DNA from: Cyanobacteria bacterium P01_A01_bin.123
GTDB taxonomy: Bacteria; Cyanobacteriota; Cyanobacteriia; Phormidesmidales; Phormidesmidaceae
NCBI GenBank assembly: GCA_039815185.1
Contig: JBCBZT010000020.1
Span: 32,001 to 96,000 of the forward strand
Direction: 5' to 3'
Length of the DNA: 64,000 bases
The position numbers were made by a program, and so were the translations under genes. A model generated the notes under the pieces. That model was given only the letters and a program-made list of their open reading frames with translations. It searched no databases and was not told where the DNA came from. Shown in pieces: positions 47,362 through 58,436 of the stretch. Within the stretch, counting starts at the first letter, position 1. Every line of letters starts with the position of its first letter.

Positions 47362-48606
47362 TTAAACAAGCATGGGTTCCCTGTCTTGTGTAGAGTCATC
47401 ACCTATTTTTTGAGTTGTGGTTAACCAGGTCAGCAACTCGTGAAGCGAGTTAGTGATGTTGAAATCTCTCTCAACTTTCTTGCGGCCTGCTACACCTAGT
47501 AAGTTACGATGCTCGGCATCTAACATAAGCGTTGAAATTGCTGTTGCTAATGCACCACTATCTCCTGGAGACACTAAGTATCCATTCTTGCTAGATTCTA
47601 CGAGCTCAGAAATTCCGGCAATTTGTGTGGCAATAACAGGGACACCTGTTGCCATCGCCTCCATTAAAACAACGGGAATGCCTTCTGCAAAACTTGGAAG
47701 CACAAAAATATCGGTGCCCCTTAAATACTTTCGTACCGCAATTTGGGACTGATATCCGACAAAGTCGACATGGTTTTTTAGCCCCATCTTAACGGCTAAT
47801 TCCTCTAGGAAAGAGCGATCAGCCCCATCTCCAACTACGGTCAGGATTAGCTCTGGATGCTGAGGCAAGAGCTGGCGCAAACTCTCCAGCAAAATAGGTA
47901 ATCCTTTTTCAACTGCCAGTCGTCCCACATAGAGGAGTCGATTTCCATGACCCTGATGAGTGACAGGTTCAAATAAGTCTAATTCTATGCCACATCGCAC
48001 GATTGGCATTTTCTCCCAGTGCTCTGGTGAAGAGAATATCATGCCCTGACTACGACAAAAATAGCTAATGCATGCAACGAAATTAGCCCGTTTAATTTTC
48101 TCATCTAGTCGCCAACGTTTGGGCTCAAAAAAAATATGAGGGCCATGCATGGTAAAGCTAAATGTCACCTTTCCTAGGACAGCGGCTAGCATTACTACAG
48201 TGCAGCTTGAACTAGCAATATGATTATGAATGTGGGAAATCCCTTCCTCTTCGAGTAATTGGGCTAGCAGGCCAGCTTCTAAAAAGTAGAAAATTTGGTA
48301 GATAAAACCCTTAATTCCAGGCTGGGACGTGCGGAGGGCCAATTGAAAAGCTTGAATATAGTTTACTGGAAATTTAATCAGTAATTGAAGATGACTCGAC
48401 AGCAGCTTCAATAGATTAGGCGGCAGTAGATAGGTTGTTTTCTCATGTTCTGCCCGTTGTTCTGTCCCTACCAGATGTGCAACATCTGGCTTTCGAGCCG
48501 AAAAGGTCTTTACCTCAAGTTCCAGGTTACGGAGACCCATTACTTCTCTTTGAATAAACGTGTCTGTAGCCCTAGGATATTCTCCAGTAAAGTAGGCAAT
48601 TTTCAT
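47362..48606 (-). CDS. Glycosyltransferase family 4 (WcaL-like)
   Basis: 'MKIAYFTGEYPRATDTFIQRE', 'YVGRLAVEKG', 'PSFAEGIPVVLMEAMA'. Confidence 0.92.
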   Translation of the reverse strand: MKIAYFTGEYPRATDTFIQREVMGLRNLELEVKTFSARKPDVAHLVGTEQRAEHEKTTYLLPPNLLKLLSSHLQLLIKFPVNYIQAFQLALRTSQPGIKGFIYQIFYFLEAGLLAQLLEEEGISHIHNHIASSSCTVVMLAAVLGKVTFSFTMHGPHIFFEPKRWRLDEKIKRANFVACISYFCRSQGMIFSSPEHWEKMPIVRCGIELDLFEPVTHQGHGNRLLYVGRLAVEKGLPILLESLRQLLPQHPELILTVVGDGADRSFLEELAVKMGLKNHVDFVGYQSQIAVRKYLRGTDIFVLPSFAEGIPVVLMEAMATGVPVIATQIAGISELVESSKNGYLVSPGDSGALATAISTLMLDAEHRNLLGVAGRKKVERDFNITNSLHELLTWLTTTQKIGDDSTQDREPMLV

Positions 48607-48640
48607 GGTTTGACAGCCTCTACTCAATCAGCAATAGCCT

Positions 48641-49666
48641 CTAATTTTTCGCCTCTGAGACGACTAACAACTTTTGGGAACTGTAGCTCCTCTGCAAAGC
48701 CTCCTCCAGAGAATATTGAGGAGCCCAACCTAATATTTTCTTAGCCTGTTGGTTGGAAAATCGCAGGGGTTTAAAGCGAGCATAAAGTTGAGCGGGTACC
48801 AGAATGCCCGGCAACTTTGCTTCTCCATGCAACAGCCTTTGACGCACAAACCAACCCAGCGTGGCCATCAACTGCATGAGCGTCCAGCTCATTGGAATCA
48901 GCTTGGGGGGTGTTTTCTCATGCTTTAGCAGGGCCTGCACATATTGGTTTTGACGCGGTGGGTTGTCATCCACAATATTAATAGTCTGACCAGTTGCTTC
49001 AGGACGACTTGCTGCCAGCACAATGGCCTCAGCACAGTTCTCAACATAGGTCATCGGCATCGGTGCACGGCGGCCAATGCGTAGCCAGCGGTTCTCTCCC
49101 AACTCAGCGCCTAGTAGGGCATGCCATAGACACTCGCGACCATAGATCATTCCTGGTCTGATGATCGTAACGGAAATGCCAGACTCTCTTTCAAAAGCTC
49201 TAATCATTTCCTCTTGAATGAGCTTAGTCTGGGCATAGCCATCTCGATTTTCCGGTGCTTCTTCAATCGGGGCACTTTCATCAAGAAGACTATAAGGAGA
49301 CATTTTTAGATAGTCATAGACTGAAAAAGTGCTGATGGCAACTAATCGTTTGACGTTACGATTGACTACGGCATTAAGCAGATTCTCAGTTCCAATGACT
49401 GTACCCGCAAATCGATCGTAGAAATCTCCCCCCTTAGTCGCTGCCAGATGGAGCACGGTATCAACTCCCTCCAGCGCTTCTGAGATACCCCGTGATTGTC
49501 TCAAATCAAGGCGAGCGAATTTAACTCGGGGATGTTGATGCCAAGCTAATCGAGTTTCATCAGTTGTAGGGCGGATGACAGCCTGCACCTCGTGCCCTGC
49601 TTTAAGGGCTGCGGCAACAACATATTGCCCCAGGAAACCGGATGCACCGGTAATAAACAGGTTCAT
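48641..49666 (-). CDS. NAD-dependent epimerase/dehydratase (extended SDR)
   Basis: 'ITGASGFLG', 'YAQTK', 'IRPGMIYG'. Confidence 0.92.
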   Translation of the reverse strand: MNLFITGASGFLGQYVVAAALKAGHEVQAVIRPTTDETRLAWHQHPRVKFARLDLRQSRGISEALEGVDTVLHLAATKGGDFYDRFAGTVIGTENLLNAVVNRNVKRLVAISTFSVYDYLKMSPYSLLDESAPIEEAPENRDGYAQTKLIQEEMIRAFERESGISVTIIRPGMIYGRECLWHALLGAELGENRWLRIGRRAPMPMTYVENCAEAIVLAASRPEATGQTINIVDDNPPRQNQYVQALLKHEKTPPKLIPMSWTLMQLMATLGWFVRQRLLHGEAKLPGILVPAQLYARFKPLRFSNQQAKKILGWAPQYSLEEALQRSYSSQKLLVVSEAKN

Positions 49667-50736
49667 AGACGATTCTCCTCAGCTAACAGAGCATCAATTA
49701 AGCGCAGAGAACGTTCCATTTGCTCGAACCCAATTGGAGGGTCTTCGTTCTTTAGAAGCGCTACGTAGGTTTTATCCAACAAACAATGAAGCCCTTCATA
49801 AGGGGTTTTCTGCATAATTTTTCGGTAAAAATTGCGAATACTTGCTACTGTCAGTGTCTTTCCATTCAGGAAATGGTTCACTAAGGGAGACAGTTGTTTA
49901 CCTCCGGTCCGAGGAATAACCGTTCGTAAGTAGGGTTGGAATAAATCAGTCTCAGCATAGCCGCGATCGCCTCTAACGAAAATGAAAAAGCATTCGGGTT
50001 GAGTGTAGGCACTGAAACGCAGGCGTATGTGGGTTTGCCCACCAATTACAAGCGCATCTAAGTCATCATACTTAAATAGATCGCCCCCGCCATGGTTACT
50101 CCAAGCTGCACTAACACGATCAACGCTGGGTAAATAAGGCAAGGCTAGGTAGACAAGATGGGTCAAGACGTCATGGATAACCCCAGCTGGCAATCGATGT
50201 ACAGGGCTGGGAAGGTTTTCATCAGCAAAGCGTCCACCCTCTCTGACATTGAGGGCCATACGAATTTCTACGTCTTGAATATTGCCTAAAACCCCTTGAT
50301 TTACAAGGTCTTGAATGGCTAGTACAGGTTCATTAAATAGATAGTTGTGATCTTCAATCAAATGCCGATTGCAGCTCTGCGCCACCTCCCAAAGATCTTT
50401 GAATTCTGTCAGGGTAGGTGTGATGGGCTTTTCACAAAAAACGTGTGCACCTGCCTTCAGACAATCGGTAGCAATCATCTTATGGGTATGGGGAGGCGTC
50501 AAGATATGAACAATATCTGGCTTCGTCTCTGATAAAAGTTCTTGGTAGTTAGTGTACGCCTTAGCCGCACCAAACTGTCTAGCCGCATAGGTCGCGGCAG
50601 CGTTGGATAAATCGCACACACCAACTAAATTTACTAAGGGACTTTTTGCTAGGAAAGATAAGTGCTCCTTAGAAATAGCACCAGTGCCAATTACAGCAGC
50701 CTTCAGCATAGAGATCATTGAGATACTAGACTCCAA
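49663..50736 (-). CDS. Gfo/Idh/MocA family oxidoreductase
   Basis: 'AVIGTGAISKEH', 'HVFCEKP'; overlaps the epimerase start; true start may be an internal Met. Confidence 0.92.
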   Translation of the reverse strand: MESSISMISMLKAAVIGTGAISKEHLSFLAKSPLVNLVGVCDLSNAAATYAARQFGAAKAYTNYQELLSETKPDIVHILTPPHTHKMIATDCLKAGAHVFCEKPITPTLTEFKDLWEVAQSCNRHLIEDHNYLFNEPVLAIQDLVNQGVLGNIQDVEIRMALNVREGGRFADENLPSPVHRLPAGVIHDVLTHLVYLALPYLPSVDRVSAAWSNHGGGDLFKYDDLDALVIGGQTHIRLRFSAYTQPECFFIFVRGDRGYAETDLFQPYLRTVIPRTGGKQLSPLVNHFLNGKTLTVASIRNFYRKIMQKTPYEGLHCLLDKTYVALLKNEDPPIGFEQMERSLRLIDALLAEENRL

Positions 50737-50771
50737 AGCTTCTTAAGGATTTTAATGAACACCAATATTAG

Positions 50772-51794
50772 TTAAGTAGAAGGGGACTCAGAGGGAGCTC
50801 CTTTATATTCAATCAGTATGGCCTGCTTACCTCTAAGACGATTGAGCCAATACCTAACTTGTCCCACCATTTGAGGAATTTTAGAGACTGCACAGTAAAA
50901 AGCATATAGAAAGGCATCGTAACGAGTATTCTCATAGAATTGACGGCGATAACGATAAATTTTCCATCCGAGAATTCCGTAACTTCCCAGCAATATTAGG
51001 CTAAGACCGTGAGTAAGTGGAATAAGTGCCAAAGGTAGAATTGGTATTAGCAGCCCCCAAAGCCATCCACTTTTATATTCTTTGACCATGTAGCTTTGGG
51101 GAGGGGTTCCATAGAGAACATAGCCCTCTGCTATTGCCCAGCCACCTCGCACAGATCGCTTCCACCATTGACCAAATCGGGACATAGCAGCGTCGTGGAG
51201 CGTCATATCGGCATCAATACGCCAGATGCGCCATCCTTTCTCTCTTAAGCGGATACACATTTCTGGTTCTTCACCAGCGATCAAAGTGGGATTGTATCCA
51301 CTAACCTGTTTTAGGGCTGCTACCCGCATGAGTGCATCTCCTCCGCAGGCTTTTGCTTCTCCAACTGGGGTGTTCCATTCCATATCTGCTAGACGGTTGT
51401 AGGGAGAGGCTTCAGGAAACTTTTCTCGTCGCCGTCCACAAACCACTGCTAGAGTCTTGTCCTGGATAATGCATGCTAGTGCCTTATCCAACCAGCCTGC
51501 TAGTAACTCACAGTCACCATCGATAAACTGCACATAATCTAAATCTGGGTAATGGGTCATCAGGTACTCGAACCCAGCATTGCGGCCTCGAGCCATAGTA
51601 AAGGGAACAGACATATCCAGATTGACAACTTTGACCCCTAGATTCTCAGCAGTCTCAATGCTGCCATCAGTCGACCCAGAATCTACGTACACGATGGGCA
51701 TGGATGGGGGTAACTGAGCTTGCAATGATTTCAGGCATCGGATGAGGCGTTCTCCTTCATTACGTCCAATGGCTACTACTCCGATGTCATACAT
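50772..51794 (-). CDS. Glycosyltransferase family 2
   Basis: 'VAIGRNEGERL', 'YVDSGSTDGS', 'FIDGDCEL', 'IAGEEPEMC'. Confidence 0.93.
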   Translation of the reverse strand: MYDIGVVAIGRNEGERLIRCLKSLQAQLPPSMPIVYVDSGSTDGSIETAENLGVKVVNLDMSVPFTMARGRNAGFEYLMTHYPDLDYVQFIDGDCELLAGWLDKALACIIQDKTLAVVCGRRREKFPEASPYNRLADMEWNTPVGEAKACGGDALMRVAALKQVSGYNPTLIAGEEPEMCIRLREKGWRIWRIDADMTLHDAAMSRFGQWWKRSVRGGWAIAEGYVLYGTPPQSYMVKEYKSGWLWGLLIPILPLALIPLTHGLSLILLGSYGILGWKIYRYRRQFYENTRYDAFLYAFYCAVSKIPQMVGQVRYWLNRLRGKQAILIEYKGAPSESPST

Positions 51795-51832
51795 CTTTAT
51801 GCCTGCTCCCTAGATAAGAATATTTCATGAAT

Positions 51833-52933
51833 CTATGTTCTCTTTAAAGCGGAACTCCAGCTAGTTGCAGGACGTTCTATAAGCCACCAAAATGAGAATG
51901 CTACTAAAGTACATGAGACTACGCCTAGGGCTAATGACAAAGTGCTGCCAAAAGGGGATTCCCCAAATATTTTATAACCAAAGAAGAAGGCAGCCGTCAG
52001 TACAGGGGAATGCGTCAGATAGAGACTATAAGATATCTTTCCAGAGAACAAGTTTATAGGGTAATTCAACCAATTTCCTAGATTATTTGTGATGGCAGCC
52101 ACATAGATAAAGAACGCCGACAGAGCAAGCATTAGGCTAAACATATCACTAGCGGCAATAGCGAATCCCATTGCTATCATCAGATAGGCCATGAGAACAT
52201 ACTTATTGATTTTCTTTGCCCAACACCAGTAAACTAAAATCCCGGCAAAAAATGCAGATAAGTAGGGCAGAAAAGTTATAGGCCTTTCTCCACCGTTGAA
52301 ACGATCAATCGAAAAGATAAAAGCAATAATAGAAACTAATAGAATAGTTATGTTCAGGAATTTTTTTTGATTTAAGGAACTAATTCTATTTTCAGAAAAC
52401 CACAAGAAGAGATAGATAAAGACATAAAACTGCATTTCAACGCACAAAGTCCAGTAAACTTCACTGATATGCTCAAAACCAAGGATTTTTTGCACATATA
52501 AGAGATGCCCAAATACATTAAGCGCTGACGGAATGAATAAAGGATCTCCCTTAACAAGGGTTCCAAAGAAAGCGATCAGAACCACAAAAGCTATAGAGGC
52601 ATAGTAAGGTGGATTTAATCTTACGATTCTTCGTAAGATGAAATTTCTAAAGCCCAAAAATCCAAACTCTGCTTTCCGTAAGGAGTAAGCAATAACAAAT
52701 CCACTCAGTACAAAAAATATAGGTACACCAAGGTTTCCTTTTGAGAATATAGGGATAAATAACCATGCTGGGAGAACTTCTTTTAAGGGATCGATCGATG
52801 GTTTGGTATGATACAAAACCACCCAAAAGGCAGCTAGTCCTCGTAAGGAATCAAGAAAATGAAAGTGCTGTTTCGACACAGCCTTTGGGAAAGTCTCCTC
52901 AATCGATAATTGTTCATTGACTTCGCTGCTCAT
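51833..52933 (-). CDS. Acyltransferase family 3 (OafA-like O-acyltransferase)
   Basis: 'LDSLRGLAA', 'FFVLSGFVI', 'YWTLCVEMQFY', 'SYSLYLTH', 'LIERP'. Confidence 0.93.
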   Translation of the reverse strand: MSSEVNEQLSIEETFPKAVSKQHFHFLDSLRGLAAFWVVLYHTKPSIDPLKEVLPAWLFIPIFSKGNLGVPIFFVLSGFVIAYSLRKAEFGFLGFRNFILRRIVRLNPPYYASIAFVVLIAFFGTLVKGDPLFIPSALNVFGHLLYVQKILGFEHISEVYWTLCVEMQFYVFIYLFLWFSENRISSLNQKKFLNITILLVSIIAFIFSIDRFNGGERPITFLPYLSAFFAGILVYWCWAKKINKYVLMAYLMIAMGFAIAASDMFSLMLALSAFFIYVAAITNNLGNWLNYPINLFSGKISYSLYLTHSPVLTAAFFFGYKIFGESPFGSTLSLALGVVSCTLVAFSFWWLIERPATSWSSALKRT

Positions 52934-53278
52934 AAGCTTTATCCAATTCGAAGATTCTTACCAAAGGGCTTCCAAGTCTTCCGTTTCCAAAGAGTCATTC
53001 TCTCAGAGATACGCAACTAAAAATGCTATCGGCATTTTTAGTATCAATAGATCTCAGACGTACAGCACCATCTACTTAAAAGTCTTACTACGATACTTAA
53101 CAAAAATCCGGATATTTTGAAGCAGAGTTGGAGTGATAGTTCCTAATCTCATCGAGTGCATAGCATCTTCTAGTCTACTGAGACACAGCTAACCTTATGC
53201 TAGAGCTTTGCTCCTGAAGATAGACTGCACGTGATCGAGAACGCTATGAATAAAACATACAACGGCGTGTTATGACAC

Positions 53279-54175
53279 TTACTTACTATTGGGTGTTATG
53301 GCACTCCATCCAGTAAATCCCACTGAACTAGTATCAACGACTTCCTTAAAAGCTTTGCAAGTCAACTCTAGTCCTAACCATTGACCCAAGATAGATAGAT
53401 CTTTATCAAACAATTGCTCCAAATATTGCTGACTCTCAGTCGTTAGTTGAGGACGCTGGCTCATTTGCCAAAATCCCCTGACCCAAGTACGAACCTTTTT
53501 AGGAACAAGTGTTCGGCGCAAAAAACAAAGTACAGGCTGTTCTACAAGCGCATCACGCCATGCGCTCTCTCGCAACCGCTCAGCAGAAGCATGTTGATGG
53601 CCTGTAAATTCTTGCCACTGTGGTTTTGCTTCATAGCCAATGAACCGACAAACCCGTTCAAGTTCTCGTTGCGGGTGATGTCGCAAGTTTTCTGAAAATA
53701 TTGGTAAAACCTTGTTAGAACCGAATGCTTCCAGGTAAGGGCGGATTTGCATACTGTATTGACTATATTGAGTCAGAGATTGAAATGTCTTGATGGCCGC
53801 ATTAATATCTCTTGAAACTGTCCGTTGTGACCATTCATGAATATATTGAGATACTAGTCGTTCAATTGGATGACGCATAACATAAACGAACTTAGCGTCT
53901 GGCGCATGCTGTTTGATTCGGTCTAGCGTATTAGGGTAGGTCGGAATCTTCGTGTAGTGAGTACTGGATTCGCCACACAAATCTCCTTGCACAGCAGCTT
54001 TGAACAGTGAGCGGTACCACTCTAGACCTTTGTTGTATTGCTCATCATCGCTGAAGAAATTAGGTTCCTTGGGCTCGCTCATGAAAATGCCAGGTTGCTG
54101 GGCCAACTGATCGTGCAGTGTAGTTGTTGCGCACTTCATTGCACCAATAATCATAAAATCCGGTTTGTTCGTCAT
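53279..54175 (-). CDS. Sulfotransferase family protein
   Basis: 'PDFMIIGAMKCATTTL', 'KEPNFF', 'GESSTHY', 'MRHPIERLVSQY'. Confidence 0.92.
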   Translation of the reverse strand: MTNKPDFMIIGAMKCATTTLHDQLAQQPGIFMSEPKEPNFFSDDEQYNKGLEWYRSLFKAAVQGDLCGESSTHYTKIPTYPNTLDRIKQHAPDAKFVYVMRHPIERLVSQYIHEWSQRTVSRDINAAIKTFQSLTQYSQYSMQIRPYLEAFGSNKVLPIFSENLRHHPQRELERVCRFIGYEAKPQWQEFTGHQHASAERLRESAWRDALVEQPVLCFLRRTLVPKKVRTWVRGFWQMSQRPQLTTESQQYLEQLFDKDLSILGQWLGLELTCKAFKEVVDTSSVGFTGWSAITPNSK

Positions 54176-54302
54176 TCTTGATTGAATTCGAATAATTGAT
54201 AGTGATCAGACAATAATACTTGAGGGAATCAATTCAAGATAGTTGTCCGCTTAAACATTGGAAAGGATTGCCCCCATTCAAGACTTAGCACTAGCATATT
54301 CA

Positions 54303-55535
54303 CTAGTCATATAAACCAGAGGATAAGCAATGCTGAACCAACCATTCCTGGCTTTCCATAGATCCTTTGATCCAATGTGCAATTAAATCTCCCCATAAAA
54401 CAGGGATCTGCAAGTTCTGCCAAGTTGTCAGTGTATTTCGAGAAATTTCTGCATATAGTTTTGGATCAAAAACGAGCGTTTTGATGCAATCTGCTAGTAT
54501 TTTAGGCTGCTTCTCAGGAAAGATAAGTGCGTTATGACCATGCTTTAAATTTCTGATGAACATGGGATGATTTGAGACAATGATTGGAGTACGTACGCAC
54601 AGGGCCTCATAAATTACGAGTGGAAATCCTTCACCATATTCATGGTGACTCGGAACAACAACTGCATCGGCTGCCTGCATACATGGAATAACTTCTTTGT
54701 TGGGGATAACGCCCATGTATTCAACTAAGTCATTTAACCCCAAGGAATTCACTAGGTTGAGGGTAGACTCCACTTCGCCGCGACCAATCAATCGTAATCT
54801 AACTGAGATATTCGTTGTCTTAAGGAGCTTAATTGAATGGATTAGATCGTACACTCCCTTTTTTCTTGAAATAGTGCCGACATACAGGAGAACGACGGGA
54901 CTGGAAGTTGAAGATAACTTTCGAGCAGGGAAATCATGAGGCTTTCTAACGTGAGGCCAATCCCAAGGAATAAGCTTGTGTGGCTTGACGCCAATATTTC
55001 TTAGAGAGAGACATGCGTTGACACCATGGTTGCCAACCCACTCAACCATGGTGTTATTTAAGAGGCGTGCTAAGCGAAGATAATCAATACGTGCTCGAAT
55101 TCCTCTTAAATTGAATGAGTCTGCTAATGCTGTAATTGTCTTGACTCTATGCTTAATGGCCCACTGTAATATTGGTTGGTGGGGCATGCGCAACACAATA
55201 TGAGTTGGGCGATAGTCTTCAATAACTTTGAGGAGCTCTTTAATGTCTTTGTATGGGTCAACAGCAGCACCAATTACTCTTAAACCCGAACCAATTAATT
55301 CGTCATATCTCTCTTTCGAGCGGCAACATAAAAAAGCGGCTTCCTCAATCTCATGATTGAGTTCAGCAATTGTATCGAGGGCATATTTTTGGCCATGGTA
55401 GGCTTCTCCTTGGCCTGATTTAATACGTTGATAGGCATCTCGATAATCACCCGCATAAAGAATGATTAGAACACGCTTACTTAAAGAGTCAACTTGCTCT
55501 TGAGAGTATGGATTTGGATGGATTTGGATTACCAT
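54303..55535 (-). CDS. Glycosyltransferase family 4
   Basis: 'YVGTISRKKGVYDL', 'VVPSHHEYGEGFPLVIYEAL'. Confidence 0.9.
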   Translation of the reverse strand: MVIQIHPNPYSQEQVDSLSKRVLIILYAGDYRDAYQRIKSGQGEAYHGQKYALDTIAELNHEIEEAAFLCCRSKERYDELIGSGLRVIGAAVDPYKDIKELLKVIEDYRPTHIVLRMPHQPILQWAIKHRVKTITALADSFNLRGIRARIDYLRLARLLNNTMVEWVGNHGVNACLSLRNIGVKPHKLIPWDWPHVRKPHDFPARKLSSTSSPVVLLYVGTISRKKGVYDLIHSIKLLKTTNISVRLRLIGRGEVESTLNLVNSLGLNDLVEYMGVIPNKEVIPCMQAADAVVVPSHHEYGEGFPLVIYEALCVRTPIIVSNHPMFIRNLKHGHNALIFPEKQPKILADCIKTLVFDPKLYAEISRNTLTTWQNLQIPVLWGDLIAHWIKGSMESQEWLVQHCLSSGLYD

Positions 55536-55659
55536 AAAAAGCTAACAATAACTTCTTAGTTACAAAGAAAAGGAATTTCAATTGGAGCAAAGAAATTAGC
55601 TTAATAAAAGGTATTATATGTATGGAGACTCATTTTATAACACGAAGTTCCTCAGAAAA

Positions 55660-56862
55660 TTATTTGTCTCGCTCTGTCCGAACCCAAGATTGTTCAGGTT
55701 TTACCAAAAATTTTAAGTAGATGGGTATTTTCCATAGTATGTATAGTGGTATTGCTAAAAGCTGCGCTAAAGGCAGCTCTGCTCTGCCCCATTTCATCCA
55801 AGCACTTAGGATAGCTAACACTAATAAAACATCAGCAACTCCCTGAATAGCAAAGGGCCAGGCAATATTTCCAAGTAAAGCTAATCCTCCGGTCAGTAGG
55901 GTCAACGCAAAGCCAGTCAGAACCCATAAGGCTAAAGGGGGGATCGCTAAATCCAAGGCCATCACAAGTAAACCTAATCGACGTTGTTTAAGAGCTGCCT
56001 TCATTAGTTGTGGGACGTATGTTGTTAACACTTGCAAATGACCATGTTCCCATCGAGTTCTTTGGCTGGTTGCAGCTGATTCACTGCTGGGAAGATGACT
56101 GGTCACTTGTGCTTCTGGAGCAAGAGTAGGACTATATCCCGCGATCGCCAAGTCAATTCCTAGCTTCATATCTTCCACGATGTGGCTGCTAGCCAAATTC
56201 ACTGCTTGTAAAGCCTCCCATGGAAAGGCCATCCCTGTACCTCCCAAAAGGATCGGCAATCCTAGACTAGAGAGCCCCCCAGCTCTAACCTGGTTCTTGA
56301 CAATGAGAGCAAAGGCCGACACTCGATCTCGCGGAGATGGGTCCGGTGGTAGCACCATGCGGTATGTTGCTTGCACTGGGCGATTTAGAGCTATGGACTG
56401 ACTCACAATGGCGGCTAATGTTCCTGGGCTAACTAGACAATCTGCATCCACAATTACGACTGCCCTATAAAGTTTTGGTGTAAGATGTCGAAGACCAAAG
56501 TCTAAAGCATGGCCCTTACCCTTTTTTGCTACATCTGTTCTTTCAAATACCTGCACGCCCAGATTTCGAGATATGGCAGCTGTCTCATCGGTGCAATTAT
56601 CCGCAACCATGTAAATCTGTTCAGCACTTTCCACTTCTAACAAAAGGTTTTGCAGAGTTTGCTCAATTCCATCCGCCTCATTGTAGGCAGGTATGAGCAC
56701 TGCAAAAGCTGGAGTTGGCCCTTCGTGAGTAAGAGATCTATTCTCCTTATGTTGGGCAATAGCTGCTAAAACCTCAACTCCCAGGAGTACGTTCAGCACA
56801 ATATAGGTAATTGTTCCAACGCCTAAAATCAGCTCTATGATTTCCAATAGCAATAACATCAT
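55660..56862 (-). CDS. Glycosyltransferase family 2 (processive-type motifs)
   Basis: 'VLIPAYNE', 'ADNCTD', 'GKGHAL', 'VDAD', 'IVEDMKL', 'QRTRW'. Confidence 0.93.
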   Translation of the reverse strand: MMLLLLEIIELILGVGTITYIVLNVLLGVEVLAAIAQHKENRSLTHEGPTPAFAVLIPAYNEADGIEQTLQNLLLEVESAEQIYMVADNCTDETAAISRNLGVQVFERTDVAKKGKGHALDFGLRHLTPKLYRAVVIVDADCLVSPGTLAAIVSQSIALNRPVQATYRMVLPPDPSPRDRVSAFALIVKNQVRAGGLSSLGLPILLGGTGMAFPWEALQAVNLASSHIVEDMKLGIDLAIAGYSPTLAPEAQVTSHLPSSESAATSQRTRWEHGHLQVLTTYVPQLMKAALKQRRLGLLVMALDLAIPPLALWVLTGFALTLLTGGLALLGNIAWPFAIQGVADVLLVLAILSAWMKWGRAELPLAQLLAIPLYILWKIPIYLKFLVKPEQSWVRTERDK

Positions 56863-56891
56863 TATTTGTAAGGATATTTATTTCAAAAGTC

Positions 56892-57069
56892 GGGAGTGCG
56901 TTCTCATTCAATGAGAGAAAAGTAACCACCTCATGACCTTAGATTCTGCGTTACCTTTGTTTGAACAGATCAAAAATTTGCAAAGCCTAGCTTTGAGCCG
57001 GATTGTAGGACTGTCTAAGTATAGGAAGATCAGGAAGATTTTTCTCTTGCGAAATTATGATGCGCTCCC
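56892..57069. mobile_element. MITE-like element, copy 1 (degenerate terminal inverted repeats)
   Basis: Ends GGGAGTGCGTTCTCAT ... ATGATGCGCTCCC; interior aligns with 61511-61679. Confidence 0.65.
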
Positions 57070-57225
57070 CAGCAAGCTATCCCATTTTCTAGAAGTAATG
57101 TAAGGTATATAGCGTTGCTCGAACACATAAGATATGGTTTCAGGAGCAAAGCTCTTTCGGCATAAGATTAGCTGTACCTCAGTAGGCTAGGAAGCGCCAT
57201 AAAAGACTTTTACCTGCAAATCAAT

Positions 57226-58043
57226 TCACATTATCTTGTTTTTTAGGAAATTATAAGGCAGTGCAGAGTTCTGAAGATAGTTGACAACTAAAGCATCGAC
57301 TTCATGGCTACGATTAAGATAGCCTTCTACTAAATTCCTCCAGTACCTCCCAAAACTATATGGGCTTCTGATAGGAGTAGTCGGCCACTTCTCATACAAA
57401 GCCGAACTGTTAAGATAAGGGCGAAGGGAAGTGTAAGATTTATAGGGGTTTCTGTAAAGAAACACAAATTTAGCATTCGGGAAAAGCCACTTCAGATATA
57501 TCGATCATCTATGCCTAGACGAACTTCTTTTAACCCCCACCGAGAATAGTTATTGCCGATGGCAGGTCTTGCCAGTAACCCCAAAAAGAAGTCTTGATGT
57601 GCTTTCTTCAAGTACTCCATCTCAGGGGACATATTGGCTATAAATATATCTGTCAAATTCTCATAACCTTGTGCTTTCATAGCATTAAAGAACCAACGAT
57701 ATTTGGGATACAAGCTGTTTATAGAACTTAAGAAATCAGCATGCATTTGTATCAGATTTCAGCGATTAAAAAGCTCTCCCCAAATTACAACGCTTTTATC
57801 CGACATCACGAGGCGTTGTAATAAGGTTGAACCAGAACGCCAACCTGCTGAAAAAACAAAAATAGGACTATCCGCTACACTATTATCGTATTTTAAATCT
57901 AGGTATCGCACTTCGATTGTCTTAATCGCTTCTTGAACAGAAACAATTTGCTTCATGTCCCTTTGTTTTATCTTCCATGCTCGATATTTAAGCTTCAGGG
58001 TGTAGGGTACGAAAGTTCGGATAATCTTCTTGAAAGGGTTCAT
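57226..58043 (-). pseudogene. Disrupted sulfotransferase gene
   Basis: 'FVFSAGWRSGSTLLQR', then in-frame TGA at 57761-57759, then 'RWGLKEVR', then a frameshift near 57500 restoring 'YLKWLFPNAKFVFLYRNPY'. Confidence 0.85.
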
Positions 58044-58436
58044 TTGTTGTCATTCTGCTTAATTTTTCAGTAAAGCGTTTTATCTAAGCGGAAACAACAC
58101 TAGGATTTGGATTATCAACAATTTGTTGATAAAAGCTGCTGTATGTATAGCGGTTTTCATTCGAGTGAGGTATGGCATGACAACTACAATACTTGTACAG
58201 CAAGGGGACGACATACTTTACGCGTCCAGAAACCGCTATATCTTTGTTTATCATTTGTGTTTTTATTTATCATTTGCGGATGAGAGTATTTTGGGTGACG
58301 TTACTAGCTTCACAGGTTTGGCAAACAGTTTGTGGCTTTGTATTCAATTGGCTTACATTCTACCCAATCACTATAGAGCAAGGATTCTGCTATAGCACTA
58401 TGTGCAATTCGCTACCCATCATTGTTATTAAGAACT

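Noticed and set aside
57759..57761. In-frame TGA in the sulfotransferase as selenocysteine or readthrough
   Set aside because: A separate downstream frameshift also breaks the gene and no SECIS-like hairpin is evident; simple decay is more likely.
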